DNA of 64,000 nt from Minutocellus sp. GHC0000111 (taxonomy: Eukaryota). The stretch covers positions 3,410,001 to 3,474,000 of the forward strand of contig OZ361256.1 of the NCBI GenBank assembly GCA_977018835.1, in the 5' to 3' direction. Below, one piece after another: positions 37,630 through 49,949 of this stretch. Each line of letters opens with the position of its first letter. Positions within the stretch are counted from its first letter, which is position 1. The position numbers and the translations under genes are program-made. The notes under the pieces were generated by a model. The model saw only the letters and a program-made list of their open reading frames with translations, was not told where the DNA came from and searched no databases.

Positions 37630-38988
37630 ATGGCCGATGAAGACAGCTCCGATGGACCAAATAACGCCGCGCAGGAATTTGATGAAAGCACTTTGAGCGA
37701 CATCGACGATGATCAGCTTAGTTTTGATGGCGACGACATCACCACCGAGGCCGATGATTCCAGTAACGGGATACATTCCGCAGACCTCAATCGAGATGAC
37801 CGCTTTCAATTGTCGTGGGGAAACGCCTCGTGGACTTTGACCGAGACGATGGATACGGATCACTTCTTCCTCGTTCCACCAACTCGTGACTTGCACATGT
37901 CGAGATCGTCGTCTCCCCGGCGGCAGTTTGTTTTACCTTCGTCGGCTGTCCGAAGAAGTGGGGAAAATACATTTCCCATCAGTCCACCAACAAGAAGAAC
38001 GCTCGAAGCTGACGCACTAGGATCTGCTGGTGCAGATGAAAAAATCCAGAGCGATGCCCGTGAACTTCGTACCTTTGAGGCCTCCCTGCGTCCAACAACA
38101 CCTGTCGCCAATCAATTAGCAACAAGCTCACCGACAGGAGTGGCAACGTACAGTTTGAATCGCAACAATACAGGCCGAGGTCAGACAACCAACACAACTA
38201 CGCCCAATAAAAGTTCCACCCCAACACAGGCAAAGATCCATCCACCGCTGTCTCCAGCATCCAAAAAGCGAGTAGTAAGTCGCCAGGACTCTCTTACATA
38301 TTCGATCGGCCAATCAGTTGGACATTCAACTGGCGCCTCCTCTTCTATGGCTGAGAGGTCGAACAAGACTATTCCTATTGACAGTGGCGATAACGACGAA
38401 GGCGACAATTCCCTTTTCCGCAATCTGTACGAAGACGACCAATCTCTATTTCTAGACGAAGACTGTTTTACAGAGTGTGCAGACCCTCACTACAAATCAA
38501 ACAGAGCCTTCATAACCAGCGCAGAGGCACAGAATGCCTCGATGCAATCAAGTTCTCACGAAATGTCGCCGATCCTCAAGCTCCTCAAGACTCTCGCAAA
38601 TTTCTGTCATCCCCACCGAAAACCTCGTCAGAAGATATCATCAAAACCACTGAAAAATAGTTCAAAACATAGGAAGATCAGGAGCGACCCTGAACTTCTC
38701 ACCGACATGCTCGAGGATCGTCTTATTATGACCAGAAAGACTGTAGAGGCCGCACCGTGGGAACATCTTCGCCACGAAGACGATACTCGAGAGGAAAGGA
38801 CTGTATCTCCTGCTGTCTCCAATACAAATGGAAATGGCCCTCCCGTTATCATTAAATTTCGGCCTTCTCAACTAACATCTTCTTGTATTCAAGAGCTCGC
38901 ATTCCAGATCGACTCGAGAGCAGAATTCGTCCTAGATGACTCCCGAAGCCTACCGGATAGCCTGCATCAGCCGACTCTCGATGATTGA
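37630..38988 (+). CDS. Hypothetical Ser/Asp-rich protein
   Basis: Long open frame from the ATG at 37630; no recognisable domain. Confidence 0.6.
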   Translation: MADEDSSDGPNNAAQEFDESTLSDIDDDQLSFDGDDITTEADDSSNGIHSADLNRDDRFQLSWGNASWTLTETMDTDHFFLVPPTRDLHMSRSSSPRRQFVLPSSAVRRSGENTFPISPPTRRTLEADALGSAGADEKIQSDARELRTFEASLRPTTPVANQLATSSPTGVATYSLNRNNTGRGQTTNTTTPNKSSTPTQAKIHPPLSPASKKRVVSRQDSLTYSIGQSVGHSTGASSSMAERSNKTIPIDSGDNDEGDNSLFRNLYEDDQSLFLDEDCFTECADPHYKSNRAFITSAEAQNASMQSSSHEMSPILKLLKTLANFCHPHRKPRQKISSKPLKNSSKHRKIRSDPELLTDMLEDRLIMTRKTVEAAPWEHLRHEDDTREERTVSPAVSNTNGNGPPVIIKFRPSQLTSSCIQELAFQIDSRAEFVLDDSRSLPDSLHQPTLDD

Positions 38989-39178
38989 ATAATACATTTG
39001 GCAAAAAAAACCTACGAACATGACATACTAGTACATATTTAGACACTTTAACTTATCTGTAATTTCTTTTTTTTTTCGTACCAATACTTTAAAATTGTGG
39101 TCCTGATTTATTTTTTAGTCTTCTACTGTATACATTGATTGAACACCAAACATTCATGCATCAGCATAGACACGTTCT

Positions 39179-40851
39179 TTACAGCAGCAATGTTGTAGGG
39201 TTCTCAACGTGAGACTTGAAGGCCGAAAGCCACTGAGCACCGACCGCACCATCAACGACACGGTGATCACAGCTGAGCGTTGCCGTAAGCATTACCGATT
39301 CCTTGTAAATCTCCTCGCTATCGGCGTCGTCATTGGGAACAATTCGGTTCTCAATGGCACCCAATGCCAAAGCGACCGCCTGTGGCTCTCGGATGATGGG
39401 AGCACACGCCTTGACTCCATACATGCCCATATTCATGACCGTCACAGTACCAACAGCGCCGAATTCCTCACCAGAGGGCATGGCAGCCTCTCCCTCCTCA
39501 GCAGGCTCGAGCTGGGCCACGGCCGCCTTGATGTCATCCGAGATGGATTTCACACCTCTCCAGCCGGCATCACGAATTACGGGACTGTACAGCGCATCGC
39601 CACTGCCAACGACAAAATTCACATCGACGGAATCGTAAACTCGCACGGCGGTGTCCATCCAACTGGCGTTGGCCGAGGGGACGGCCTTCATGGCGGCAGC
39701 GGCCGCCTTGACGAGCAGGTCGTTCACAGCAATGCCGGCATCATCCTCACCCAGATTGAGCGTAGCATTGAGCTGCTTGCGAGTTTCCAAGAGCGAATCC
39801 AACGCCACATCGACCGTGAGGTAGTAATGCGGCACATTTTGCTTGGAATGCGAAAGCTGGGCGGCAATCTCCATGGCGGCAGGCGAGAGCGGGTAGTCTG
39901 TGTAGCCGATGCCAGGCACCGGTGGGGCGGCAGGCGTTGCCACGGCGGCAGCTCCGGGCGCCGTTGCCGAGGCAGCAGCGGCATCGACGGCCCCAGCGGC
40001 GCTGGGGACGTATTCTCGCACGTCATCGGCAATGATCCGTCCACCGGGTCCAGTACCAATAATGTTGAGAGCCGAGACGGGTCCGAAGCCCATCTCCTTG
40101 GCCAGAGTATGCGCCAAGGGCGATGCCACGACTCGATCACCAGTGGCACCCGCAGCTGGGGGTGCCACGGCAGCGGGAGGAGGAGTCACTGGAGCAGGAG
40201 GCGCCGCCGCGGCAGGGGCTGGCGGGGGCGTTGAGGCAGCAGGTGCGGCCGGCTCCGCGGGGGCGGCAGGCGCGGCGGAAGCCTCGACGACATAATCCTT
40301 GAAGGCGCCGATATCGTCCCCATCCTCGACGGTAATCATAATGGGCTCACCGCAGGTAATTTCATTCGGACCGGCATCGGCGAGAATTCTGGCGATGAAG
40401 CCATCGTCCTGTGCCTCAAAGTCGACGGTGGCCTTGTCGGTCTCGACCTCGCAGAGAACATCGCCGGCGGCAAATTCTTCTCCCTCAGCCTTGTTCCACT
40501 TGGCGATTGTTCCGGCCTCCATGGTCTGTTTGATTGGTCGTCCATTGCGATTCGGGAGTAAAAGGTGTAAAAGTGAAATGTGAGATGAGCGGATATCTTC
40601 CTGGGAGATGTGCAAAGCTTCAAGCACTTCCTCTCCAACGTCGGCAGTTCCATCGGCACTTTTTTTTGACAGAGGAAACACATGTAACTCCGCATGGAAC
40701 GAAAACTTACCGGCGAGAGAGACGGCATACCGACGACCTCGTGGGGTGGGTAGCTGGACATCCATCTTCCTCGGGCGAAGCCCGCCGATCGGGCGACGGT
40801 GGCGCTGCCGATGCGGCGAGACGCGAGCCGGAACGCAGCGAGGGTGGCCAT
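39179..40851 (-). CDS. DLAT: Pyruvate dehydrogenase E2, dihydrolipoamide acetyltransferase, mitochondrial (exons 40851-40711, 40525-39179)
   Basis: Presequence; 'MPSLSP|TMEAG'; lipoyl motif VETDKAT; E3-binding 'ASPLA..GTGPGGRI'; catalytic DHRVVDGA. Confidence 0.95.
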
Positions 40852-41002
40852 CGTTGCGACGGAAGGCGGAAAAAATGGAGCGAGCGAGATCGAACGCAGG
40901 ATGCCGGAGAAGGACAGACCAATTTATGAAATTTATTTATTTGCTCAACGCAGAAGATACCGATCGGTGCCCCAACCTCCAAGACCCTCCAAGCAAAGCA
41001 AG

Positions 41003-41683
41003 ATGAAGATCACCACTGCCATCCTGGCGATTGCATCGACAGCGCCCTTGGTCGAGGGGTTCGTTGGAAATGCAGGACATAACATCAGGTGGCAGCACGC
41101 AAGATTTTCCACCACCGCCGATGCTGCCCCAACGGCTTCTTCTTCAACCAGTGTTTCCGCCACCCTCCCTTCGCCGGAGGAGTCTGCTCAGGCCCTGCAG
41201 GACTACATGGTCAAAGCCCACGAGGACAAGGCTCGCGCCGTTCGAGAGATTGAAGAGAAGAGCCGGGCTAGGATTAAGGTACGTCGTTGCGAAGATTATT
41301 GAGCCACTTGTGGTGATTTTTCGCCGACACCAAAGTAAGCATATGTGCGCATGACACTAACTTATTCCATGTCTCGACTGAAACTGCAAACACAGGAACT
41401 CGAGGAGGAAGTCGCTACTCTAAAGGCCAAGCTGGAATTACCAACGGTTGGGGGTGAACAGAATGATGAGGACAAATCCTATGCTCTTCCAGCAACGAAC
41501 AAAAGTCAAACGGCAAAGATTGCCGCCTATCAAAGCTTCGTGGCGAAGTACGTGGTAGAATCGAATCAGGCTCGGGTCAAGGCCGTGAAGGATGCCGAGG
41601 ACAAGCTAAGGGCTACATATGAGGCCAAAATTGCGGAGCTGACTGCGCCCAAGAAGGAGGAGGCTGTGAATGGAAGCGATTAG
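41003..41683 (+). CDS. Small coiled-coil protein, probably plastid-targeted (exons 41003-41278, 41396-41683)
   Basis: Signal 'MKITTAILAIASTAPLVEG|FV'; internally duplicated motif 'YMVKAHEDKARAV' / 'YVVESNQARVKAV'; phase-0 GT-AG intron. Confidence 0.75.
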
Positions 41684-42186
41684 AAAGAGAACGAGAGAGA
41701 AGTGTGATTGATAGGGATATTGTTGTTGCGTGCTCAGTCATGTGTTCGTTGGGCACTTTGTCTGCAAAAGCGGAAACCGACACTGTTGTCTCCAACAGAA
41801 GTTTAGCCAGTGGGCCGGTATATGTTTTAACAATTAATTGGGAACCTATTATTATGCATGAAATCGGCGGCGTGGATTTTCCTGCATGGACTGCCTATTG
41901 TTTGTCGTCTTTTGTGATGTGATGTTTGCACGCACCCTCCAATGGACTAAGGAGCTGGTGCAAATCAAACACCAATACCTTAGGTACATGTCAATACTCG
42001 TACCTAGGTACGTGCATGGTCCTCCCTCGACCTCGCCATCGTGCAGGACGGCATCATCATTTCTTATCGCGGCACATGTATTTTGGCATAAATAAATGAA
42101 AACAGCAAAGAAACGAGGAAAAGAAGAATAGGCGGACGGTTCCTGACCGCTCATTCCGTCAGGCCCTCAAGCAGCCAACCACCACC

Positions 42187-43428
42187 ATGACGACAATAAG
42201 TAGAGCGGCCAGCAAAAGGATATTAGCTGCGGCTTCGACACAGACGCGGTCAGTTCCAACAATAAGTGGGAGCACTTCTTACCGACAATTCTTTGGCGGC
42301 GCAGCGGCTACCTCCTCCTCGTCTTCATCGACTATCGATGCTATCTCAGAGTCTGCGACACAAAATGCGGCAGCATTCGATAGCCATTACGGCTACATAC
42401 GCACATCTGCCAATCGCATTCACCGGAAGTCCCGCAACCCCGTCGTGGCTCATGCCGTTTCGAATCAGAGGACAGTGTCTTCCGATATCAACATAACACC
42501 TCCCCCGTATGCCGATACTGGTGTGGTCGTCCCTGGTCTATTCCCCAATCAAGTGCTATTGCACGACGAAACCTCAATTGAACGGATGCGAACAGCAGCC
42601 AGACTGGCGCGAAAGGTTTTGGACAAGGCCTGCACATTGGCTGAAGAGGGAGTCACAACCGATGCAATTGACGGCGCAGTCCACTCGGCAATATTGAGAG
42701 CTGGAGCATATCCCTCGCCATTGAATTATGCGGGATTTCCGAAGAGTGTGTGCAGTAGTATCAACGAAGTGATTTGCCATGGAATACCCGATGCACGGTC
42801 GCTGCAGAACGGGGATATTGTTAGCTTTGATGTTAGTTGTTTCATTGGTGGAGTGCACGGTGATAATTGTGCCACTGTAATTGTTGGAGATGTTGAAAAG
42901 GATGATGGAGCCGGCACTGCTACCGATGAAAATGATGCCCCAAAAGATTGGAGAGGCGTGTCTCAAAAGACTACATTTGCAAATGATGAAGAACAAGAGT
43001 TATTTGTCACAGGCCGCCGACTCGTTCAAGCTGCGCTTGAAAGTCTGAACGAGGGCGTGGCTGTTTGCAAACCAGGCGCCTGTCTATCAGATATTGGCAA
43101 GGCGATCCATGCTGTGGCTGATGCATACCAATACGATACAGTTCGCAAATACCGTGGCCATGGCATCTCTGAAGAATTTCATTGCGCTCCCTTTGTCAAG
43201 CATTATCGTAAATCAGACGCACTTATTTTGGAGCCTGGGATGATATTTACAATTGAGCCAATGCTCACCGAGGGTAACGCTGATTGTTATGAGTGGAACG
43301 ATGCTTGGACGGTGGCAACCGTCGACGGCGGAAGATCAGCGCAATTTGAGCACACGGTTCTGATAACAGAAGATGGGGTCGAGATTCTTACCCTCCCAGA
43401 AATTGACAATAATACTAACAATAAGTAG
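42187..43428 (+). CDS. map: Methionine aminopeptidase type I, organellar (MAP1D-like)
   Basis: YPSPLNYAGFPKSVCSSINEVICHGIPD, DVS..GVHGD, GHGI..FH, FTIEPM, SAQFEHT. Confidence 0.95.
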   Translation: MTTISRAASKRILAAASTQTRSVPTISGSTSYRQFFGGAAATSSSSSSTIDAISESATQNAAAFDSHYGYIRTSANRIHRKSRNPVVAHAVSNQRTVSSDINITPPPYADTGVVVPGLFPNQVLLHDETSIERMRTAARLARKVLDKACTLAEEGVTTDAIDGAVHSAILRAGAYPSPLNYAGFPKSVCSSINEVICHGIPDARSLQNGDIVSFDVSCFIGGVHGDNCATVIVGDVEKDDGAGTATDENDAPKDWRGVSQKTTFANDEEQELFVTGRRLVQAALESLNEGVAVCKPGACLSDIGKAIHAVADAYQYDTVRKYRGHGISEEFHCAPFVKHYRKSDALILEPGMIFTIEPMLTEGNADCYEWNDAWTVATVDGGRSAQFEHTVLITEDGVEILTLPEIDNNTNNK

Positions 43429-43475
43429 ATCTGTCGATTATATTACAAATCAGCGAAGAATGCCGCTACAGTCGA

Positions 43476-44449
43476 TTATTCCCTTACGTACAACTGTATC
43501 TGTCGCTTCCACGCTGTCCTTTTGTGCTCATCACCAGAGCCGCTACTTCTCTCGTTGTCCTCCTCTGCAGCAGTGACCCGCCTAAAACCGCATGTCAAAA
43601 TGATCTTTTCCACTTCCTCTTCAATATTTCCTCGCATAGACAATTCCTGCGAAGTTACCGAGTCCAGTTCCGGCCGATCCATTTTCCGTAACCTTGTGTT
43701 TGCTCTACCATAACACTTTGATATCTGCGGCTCGACAACCAGCATGTCAGTTTTGTCACAAGTACGTATCAAGACCTCCCTCAAACCAACGTCCCCCGCG
43801 TGGACATGTATCCACATGGTTGTGCTGAACAGAGTGGTTAGATCAAAACGTTCTACATCACCCAGAAAGGCCTTGTATTTGGACAATTGCTGTTCCTCAT
43901 CACAAAGATTGCAAATCTCGAATCTTGCATCAATGCCAGAATGACCGTCTTTCTTCTTTGGATCATTCGAGGAGCCATACTTTGTGTTGGCTCTCTCAAT
44001 AAGGGTCGGATCGATGTCCAAACCAAGGCATTCGATGTTAATATTTTTGTGTGTGTTTGATCCTTTGTTGTCGTCATTACCACTACTAAGCTCATGGCAT
44101 CTCTTGAGGACAGCATCGGCGAGGGCTATTGTCAGGTCTCCCTCGTTACATCCCAGGTCACAATATTTCAATAGATCTTTATAGTATTACCTGCTTGGTC
44201 GCACGTTGTTTGGTCGTTTGTTCTCTGCTTCTTCCTTGGACTGATCTCACTGAATTTGCATTTCTCCAACAACCGGCGGGCAATGCAATGAATCAAGCCC
44301 TGCTCTTCTAGCACATCGATACGATTGCTCGGTGGATGGTGAAAGTAGTAGTTATGATAGTTTCCTAATCGATGACCTCTCTCAATAGAGCTGCTTTGCA
44401 TAGCCGCCTCGACGGCGGCGGCTGCACCTTGCGTTTTCTTCTTCGACAT
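43476..44449 (-). CDS. BCDIN3D/Bin3-like RNA methyltransferase with a frameshift near 44180
   Basis: 'GNYHNYYFHHPPSNRI' in one frame; 'YCDLGCNEGDLT', 'GLDIDPTLIERA', 'FSTTMWIHVHAGD' and 'VVEPQ..KCY' in another. Confidence 0.8.
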
Positions 44450-44703
44450 CTTGAAAGAAAATGAGGCGAGATCGAGGCGCGCAGAGACGCTGCGATGTGA
44501 CTCATAACCCTTTACAATGAGGACATTGGTATCTACGTCACAATACAATACAACGCTTTTGCGCAAGAATCGCACAACGATGGCGAGCGCGGATCGATGC
44601 ACCAAATTCGAAAATCTTGGCGTCGAACCGCGTCGAATTCAGCAGTTCTTTTTCACTTCCTCCGTTGCACACGCAATACTACGTAGTAGATACAACAGCA
44701 AGC

Positions 44704-46500
44704 ATGGCAGATTCTCAAACGCACCTGGCCTCGTACAATATCGCAGCGCCAGTCACCTACCATCGCGGCGGTGCATTGGCTCTCACAGGTCTTTCCCTCG
44801 TTCACGATGGCGGAAGAGTCCTGTTCCAGCCGGCTGACATTTCTCTTCGGCACGGAAACATCACTGGATTGGTCGGTACCAACGGATGCGGCAAAACGTC
44901 GCTTGCCAGGATCCTATCGGCCAAGGATCTCCCTGGATTTCCACAAGGTTTGGTCATTGAATACTTGGCCGCATCGGACGACGAAGAATATTTTGCGGGT
45001 CACTTTACGGAAGAAGATTCGCTTTCGCTCAAACCAATCGAGTACATTGATCTACGAATCCAGCAACGATCGGAACAGCTCCTGGAGCAGATAAATGAAC
45101 TGGAGACCAAACTCGAAAGCATTGACGAGGTCGATGAAGACGAAGTAGACCTGGAGCAGATTTCTGATCAGTTGGCCCAACTCTATGATTTGCAGGATGA
45201 TCTATCGGAAAAGATCCAACGAGAGATGCACCACGCGCTGGACGAGCTGGGCCTTCGCAAATACGAAGACAAGCAACTCTCTGAATTGAGCAGTGGGTGG
45301 AGATACAAGTGTCGTCTTATCGCTGCCTTCTTGACGCACCCGGATCTTTTGATCATTGATGAGCCTTCCTTCCTGGACGAGAGCTCAACGCAGTGGCTCG
45401 TGTCTCGGTCGAAAGAGGCATCAAACAAAGACAACGCCATTGTTTTGCTAATATCTCACAAGGAGATATTATTGGATACTCTTTGCGACAGCATATTGTA
45501 TATCAATTCAGGAAATCAGACACTGACGACATATCACTGTGGATATAGTGTCTTCCGCTCGACACATGAAGATCAGGTGGGTGCGGCATCGAAGGTTGTT
45601 GCTGGGACCGAAAAAAAGCAGCAGAACGCCGAAAAATCACTCAAGAAAATACAAGCAGAGCTGAAAGGGCGAGAACGCAATCTCAAGTCTACAACATCCC
45701 AAAATGCTGATCAGCGATTCATAAAGGGCAAGAACAAGGAAGCCAAACAGAAGGCAGATCGGTCGGCCGCCGCCAAAGCCAAGATGATGAAGAAGAAGGT
45801 GGCAGATCTGGAAGAAACAAGGCGACAGGCGCGCACGGAACGTGTCAAGCCCCTACATATCGATGGTGTCCCCGTCGAAGGAAAAGTAGTTTCATTGCAA
45901 GATGTCGCCGCTTCGTACGGAGGCAATGAGGAATTGATCTTTGAGAATGTAGATTGCTGCATGGAGGCCACCGATTGCGTTCTACTAACCGGTTCCAACG
46001 GCGTTGGCAAATCCTCACTAGTGAAAGTTATACTAGGTGAGATGGAACCTGCCCAGGGACAAGTCTCTCAAAAGGGAAGCGTCATCTATTTTCCACAGAC
46101 AGCTTTGAGTAATTTACTACGACAGCATGGAGATGAAAGCGCTCGAAACTTTCTCGGCGATGCGCTGACAGAAACCGAGGCTTGCATCCACCTAGGCAAT
46201 TTTTGCTTGGCACGAGACCTGGCCTTGCGACCTATCAATACTCTATCCGCCGGGCAGAGAGTACGGCTGTGGTTGGCCAAGAATCAGCTTTTACACCCCA
46301 AACCGGCATTGTTGGCGGTGGATGAGATTAGCGAGAATGTCGACAAGGAGACTCGGGATTCTTTGGTTGATTTGATTTCGAGCTTTGAGGCTGCGGTGTT
46401 GGTAATTAGTCATGATCCCGACTTCTGCCATCGGCTCAAACCGACAAAGAAGTGGGAATTGAGGCGATACGGTTTGCGTGAGACGTATTTTGACAATTAG
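44704..46500 (+). CDS. ABC-F family soluble tandem ATPase
   Basis: Two nucleotide-binding domains (GTNGCGKT/LSSGW/IIDEP and GSNGVGKS/LSAGQ/AVDE/ISHD), a coiled linker and no TM segments. Confidence 0.9.
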   Translation: MADSQTHLASYNIAAPVTYHRGGALALTGLSLVHDGGRVLFQPADISLRHGNITGLVGTNGCGKTSLARILSAKDLPGFPQGLVIEYLAASDDEEYFAGHFTEEDSLSLKPIEYIDLRIQQRSEQLLEQINELETKLESIDEVDEDEVDLEQISDQLAQLYDLQDDLSEKIQREMHHALDELGLRKYEDKQLSELSSGWRYKCRLIAAFLTHPDLLIIDEPSFLDESSTQWLVSRSKEASNKDNAIVLLISHKEILLDTLCDSILYINSGNQTLTTYHCGYSVFRSTHEDQVGAASKVVAGTEKKQQNAEKSLKKIQAELKGRERNLKSTTSQNADQRFIKGKNKEAKQKADRSAAAKAKMMKKKVADLEETRRQARTERVKPLHIDGVPVEGKVVSLQDVAASYGGNEELIFENVDCCMEATDCVLLTGSNGVGKSSLVKVILGEMEPAQGQVSQKGSVIYFPQTALSNLLRQHGDESARNFLGDALTETEACIHLGNFCLARDLALRPINTLSAGQRVRLWLAKNQLLHPKPALLAVDEISENVDKETRDSLVDLISSFEAAVLVISHDPDFCHRLKPTKKWELRRYGLRETYFDN

Positions 46501-46565
46501 ATGCGCTAAGTCGCACAACATAGAATGAATTGGACTCCAAAATAAAACAAGATTGAAGTAGATCT

Positions 46566-47529
46566 CTACCTAACTTTTATCTTTGCCCGAAGCTTGCCAA
46601 TCCGATGCCCTTTCTTTGCCGCTTCTGCAACCCTTTTTTCGTATTCCTTCTTTTCCGCAGCCTTTTTATTTGCAGCATCGCGCGCGTCTGTCCACGAAGG
46701 GTAAGTTTTATCGACACTTTTCCAGTTTATCGAACCGTATACGTGCTGAATGTTGCCCACCAGTAGGTCCCTTCTAGTGAAGACAGGCCGACCGCCGCAT
46801 CGCCGAAGTCCTTCAGTGAATGCGGCGGGTCCGGTAGTCTGATGGACAAAATGTTCATACGACTCGTCCATTTGTTGTCCTCTTTCGATGATGACGTCAA
46901 TAATCGAGGCTATGCATGGATGAAAGGAGGTTGCTCCGAAGAACCAGTTGCAGAAATGATCTGGAGTCTCATGGCCAAATTGTATTCGACTTGAGGCATT
47001 GAATGCAAACCATTGGTCAATTGGGCGAACGTAATTCACGTCAAGATCCATGTAAATGCCACCATAGAAATAAATCACAAGCAGTCGACATGTGTCGGCT
47101 CGCATTACATTCGAAGGGAAGGAATCATACAGTTGCAGCAGGTTGGTTTTGTTTGGATGGTACATTGCAGCAAGGTCTCTGCATTCATCGTCAAGAACTA
47201 TCCGCCGAGCGAGAGTTGGTTCCATTCGTTGCCATTTTTCATGATTTTTCATGATAAGCTTTTGCGTAAAGGCCGAGTTCGTTCGACTTCCAAATGATGA
47301 AGGATTGTCGCGGAATTTCATATTGAACTTCTGAGGGAATTGTTATTCGCCTGACAGCATCCACACCAGCAGCGCGAGCTGCAGTGCTGTTCTTTGGCTG
47401 ACCTTCAGGGATCGACGATAAATAGTAATTGTCAACCGAGCCCAACGAGCAGAGGGACATTCGCCACTGTTCAAACGCCAAGAGAAAAGTAGGAAGCAGC
47501 CCTGCCACAAAGGCGAGGAATATTCGCAT
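46566..47529 (-). pseudogene. Glycosyltransferase family 32 (DXD motif), frameshifted by a 10-bp duplication at 47235-47254
   Basis: Signal anchor, 'IPRQSFIIWK', 'RADTCRLLVIYFYGGIYMDLD', 'TGPAAFT'. Removing one TTTTTCATGA copy gives a single 317-aa frame. Confidence 0.85.
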
Positions 47530-47910
47530 GTTGCCGCCAGCCATCTGCGGCTGGCATCGACTGAGCTGCGGCCCGCAGCACAAAATAAAGACGAGCGCCG
47601 AGGTTGAGGTCCTGAGCCAAAGTGTTCCTGGCTAGTTGCATCTACTAGTCTACTAACTTCCCTGATACATGACATGCATCGGAGCCCAAATTGCGTTATT
47701 GCGTTGTTTTCTCGCCATCTTTGCTTTGCTCACAAGGCCGCGGGGAGCTTTTTGTGCCACAGTCATCATGCAGAAAGTGGGAACAGACTGGAATTCGAGA
47801 GTGGGCCGCGATGGTAGTTGAAATCCGCCGGCAGATTTAGTCTGACCGTCGCCACTAGGGCGAAGACCTCAAGAACGAGGTGTAGTTGTCATAGTTGCAT
47901 GAGTTGAAAG

Positions 47911-48744
47911 TGCAACATGCTGGACTATTGCCTGCGATAGACAATAAAGTTACTCAGCAATTGATGCCAAATTTGCTTACCTAAAAACTATCTTGGAATT
48001 TGCATTCATTCGCAAAAATCCAACTCTGAGAAAATCATGAGCTAAAGCACCTCCTCCTCTCTCTCTTCTTCATGCAGGAGAAGCAAGGGGGAACACTTGC
48101 TTCGCCTGCTTGTTTTTCTCCGAATGAAATGCGAGTCAGAAGCGACTCAAAATGATCAAGAAAGATAAAAAATGAAGCGGCATTCAATCAATGCCGTCCG
48201 TCTCTTGCTGCTGCTTTCGTTCCGCGGTGTTCCACACGTCTCAGCCAAGATTCGGGGCTCCCGCGGAACTTCAATGAAGAAGCACCCTGCGGAGAGAGGG
48301 ACCAGACTGTGCTTTGTGGCCTGTTCAATTTTATCTCTGGGCAGATGGCCGGCACAAAGCTGTCGTCGATCAGCGCGTCAAGCGCTGCGCTAACAATTCG
48401 TCCCCTTTTGTGTGAGGCCACTTACAGCCTCAATCTCCACTTTCTGTCCTTCCTTCCTGCATCGTGTCGCGCGCACAGAGTCATCGCGCTTAGAAACATC
48501 GGGGTGTCCCGGAACGTGATGGTCCCGTCCCGGTCCATCAAGTCATCTCCTTGTGACTGGATCGACTAACAGCACCTGCGTGTGAGAGATCGAGTGAGAA
48601 GAAGGAGAGAGAGAAATGCTAGCTCGAGCCAAGCAAGCAGGCGGGCTGGGCTGCTGGCTCGGTGTGAGCTTAATGAGCTGGATCTCTTGATCCAGAGCAG
48701 AGCTGTGCAGACCTAACTCAGTCCACCATTGCCGATCCATTGCA
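47911..48744 (-). repeat. 3' LTR (834 bp)
   Basis: Aligns end to end with 51082-51876; TGCA...TGCA ends. Confidence 0.95.
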
Positions 48745-49460
48745 CTCGCCTCCTCGATCCATGTCAGAGGAGTGGTGTTCAAGTGTCGGTCAAGTTGTGC
48801 TTGCCTTTTGTTGTGCGCGGCCGCTTCGCGCTTTTTTGCCTGCTGCTGGCCTTCTTCGGTCGGTGTGGACTGGAGGCTCTCAGCTTTTGTGTTTGGCTCA
48901 CTCACCTTTTGTTCGCGAGGGGTACATCATGTGTAGCTTTGCGCGTGGCCATGGGAGTTGTGCCGGCGCTGCTCACCATGTGGTGTCGGTGATCAGTCGA
49001 CTAGGCTCGTCAGTCATCGGCTGCTCCTCGCGCGCTTGAGTCTTGTTTGCTTCTTCCCTCTCGCAGCGGCCTCGCCGAATTCGGACGGCGGACAGACGTG
49101 AAAAAATCTTTCTTGGGTTATGAGCCCATCTTGGTTCGCACATCCTGCGTTTTCCGGGTTTCGTTTGTGCGCCCAGATCGAGACACTTCTATTTGTTTGC
49201 GTTTTTGACCTTTCTTTTCTATGCTTAGGCCTTTACATGCTTCTTTTCATGTTGTTTGGTTCACGTCTTTGTTTCTTTCATGGCGGTATCTTCTTCGCCA
49301 TGCTGTCCTGTGCTTTAATCTAGCTCACGGCGGCATCTTCTTCGCTTCGTGGCTGCTGTTTGCTCATCGCGACGGAGTGCTTTTTTCTTCGCTCGCGGTG
49401 CTAGTTCTCTGTTGTTTGCCTCTGCGGCAGCTCGTGGCGGCATATTTCTTCGCTCACGGC

Positions 49461-49935
49461 TCATGCTTGTTGTTGTGTCTCATTGTAAGGACGTATACGT
49501 CTGATGTTGAGCGTTTCGTATCTCGCTCCGCCGCGTGCCTGTCGGCGGATAGTGACCGTTCCGTTGTCCTTCACCCTTGCAATGAGGTGCGGTCCTTCTA
49601 CCGCCTTCTCTAGCGTGGCTGTTAAGCCTCCGCCGGTGTGGCTGGCTTTAATCTTCCACACCTTGTCGCCTACTTCGTATCGATGAGGCACTCTGCGGCT
49701 ATTTTCTCTTTGGTTGTTGGTGGTCGCGATTCTTTGTTTGCGTTTTTGGACGCAATTCCTCCAATCTGCGACGTGTTTTGTGTTCAAAGCCATGTCTCTT
49801 CCGAACACTAATTGTCCCGGGGTTGCTTGGTTGGTGGTGTGCCAAGTTGATCTTATCGCATATCCGATCGCCGATATGACACCGGCGAATGGGTCATAGG
49901 GCGGAGGAAGCAAACACATGTCTTCTAGGCTCATC
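49461..49935 (-). pseudogene. Gypsy integrase C-terminal remnant (GPY/F region)
   Basis: 'AIGYAIRSTWHTTNQATPGQLVFGRDM..ADW..RENSRRVPHRYEVGDKV..EGPH..NGTVTI..NIRRIRPY'. Confidence 0.85.
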
Positions 49936-49949
49936 GTGCGAAGCATGTT

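Noticed and set aside
40852..41002. Bidirectional promoters (also 33489-33762, 44450-44703)
   Set aside because: Short head-to-head spacing is ordinary in compact genomes, and no specific motif could be supported.
48172..48905. Short ORFs in and next to the LTR
   Set aside because: Frames are not conserved between the two LTRs, and loss of TpA removes TAA/TAG stops, inflating ORF length.
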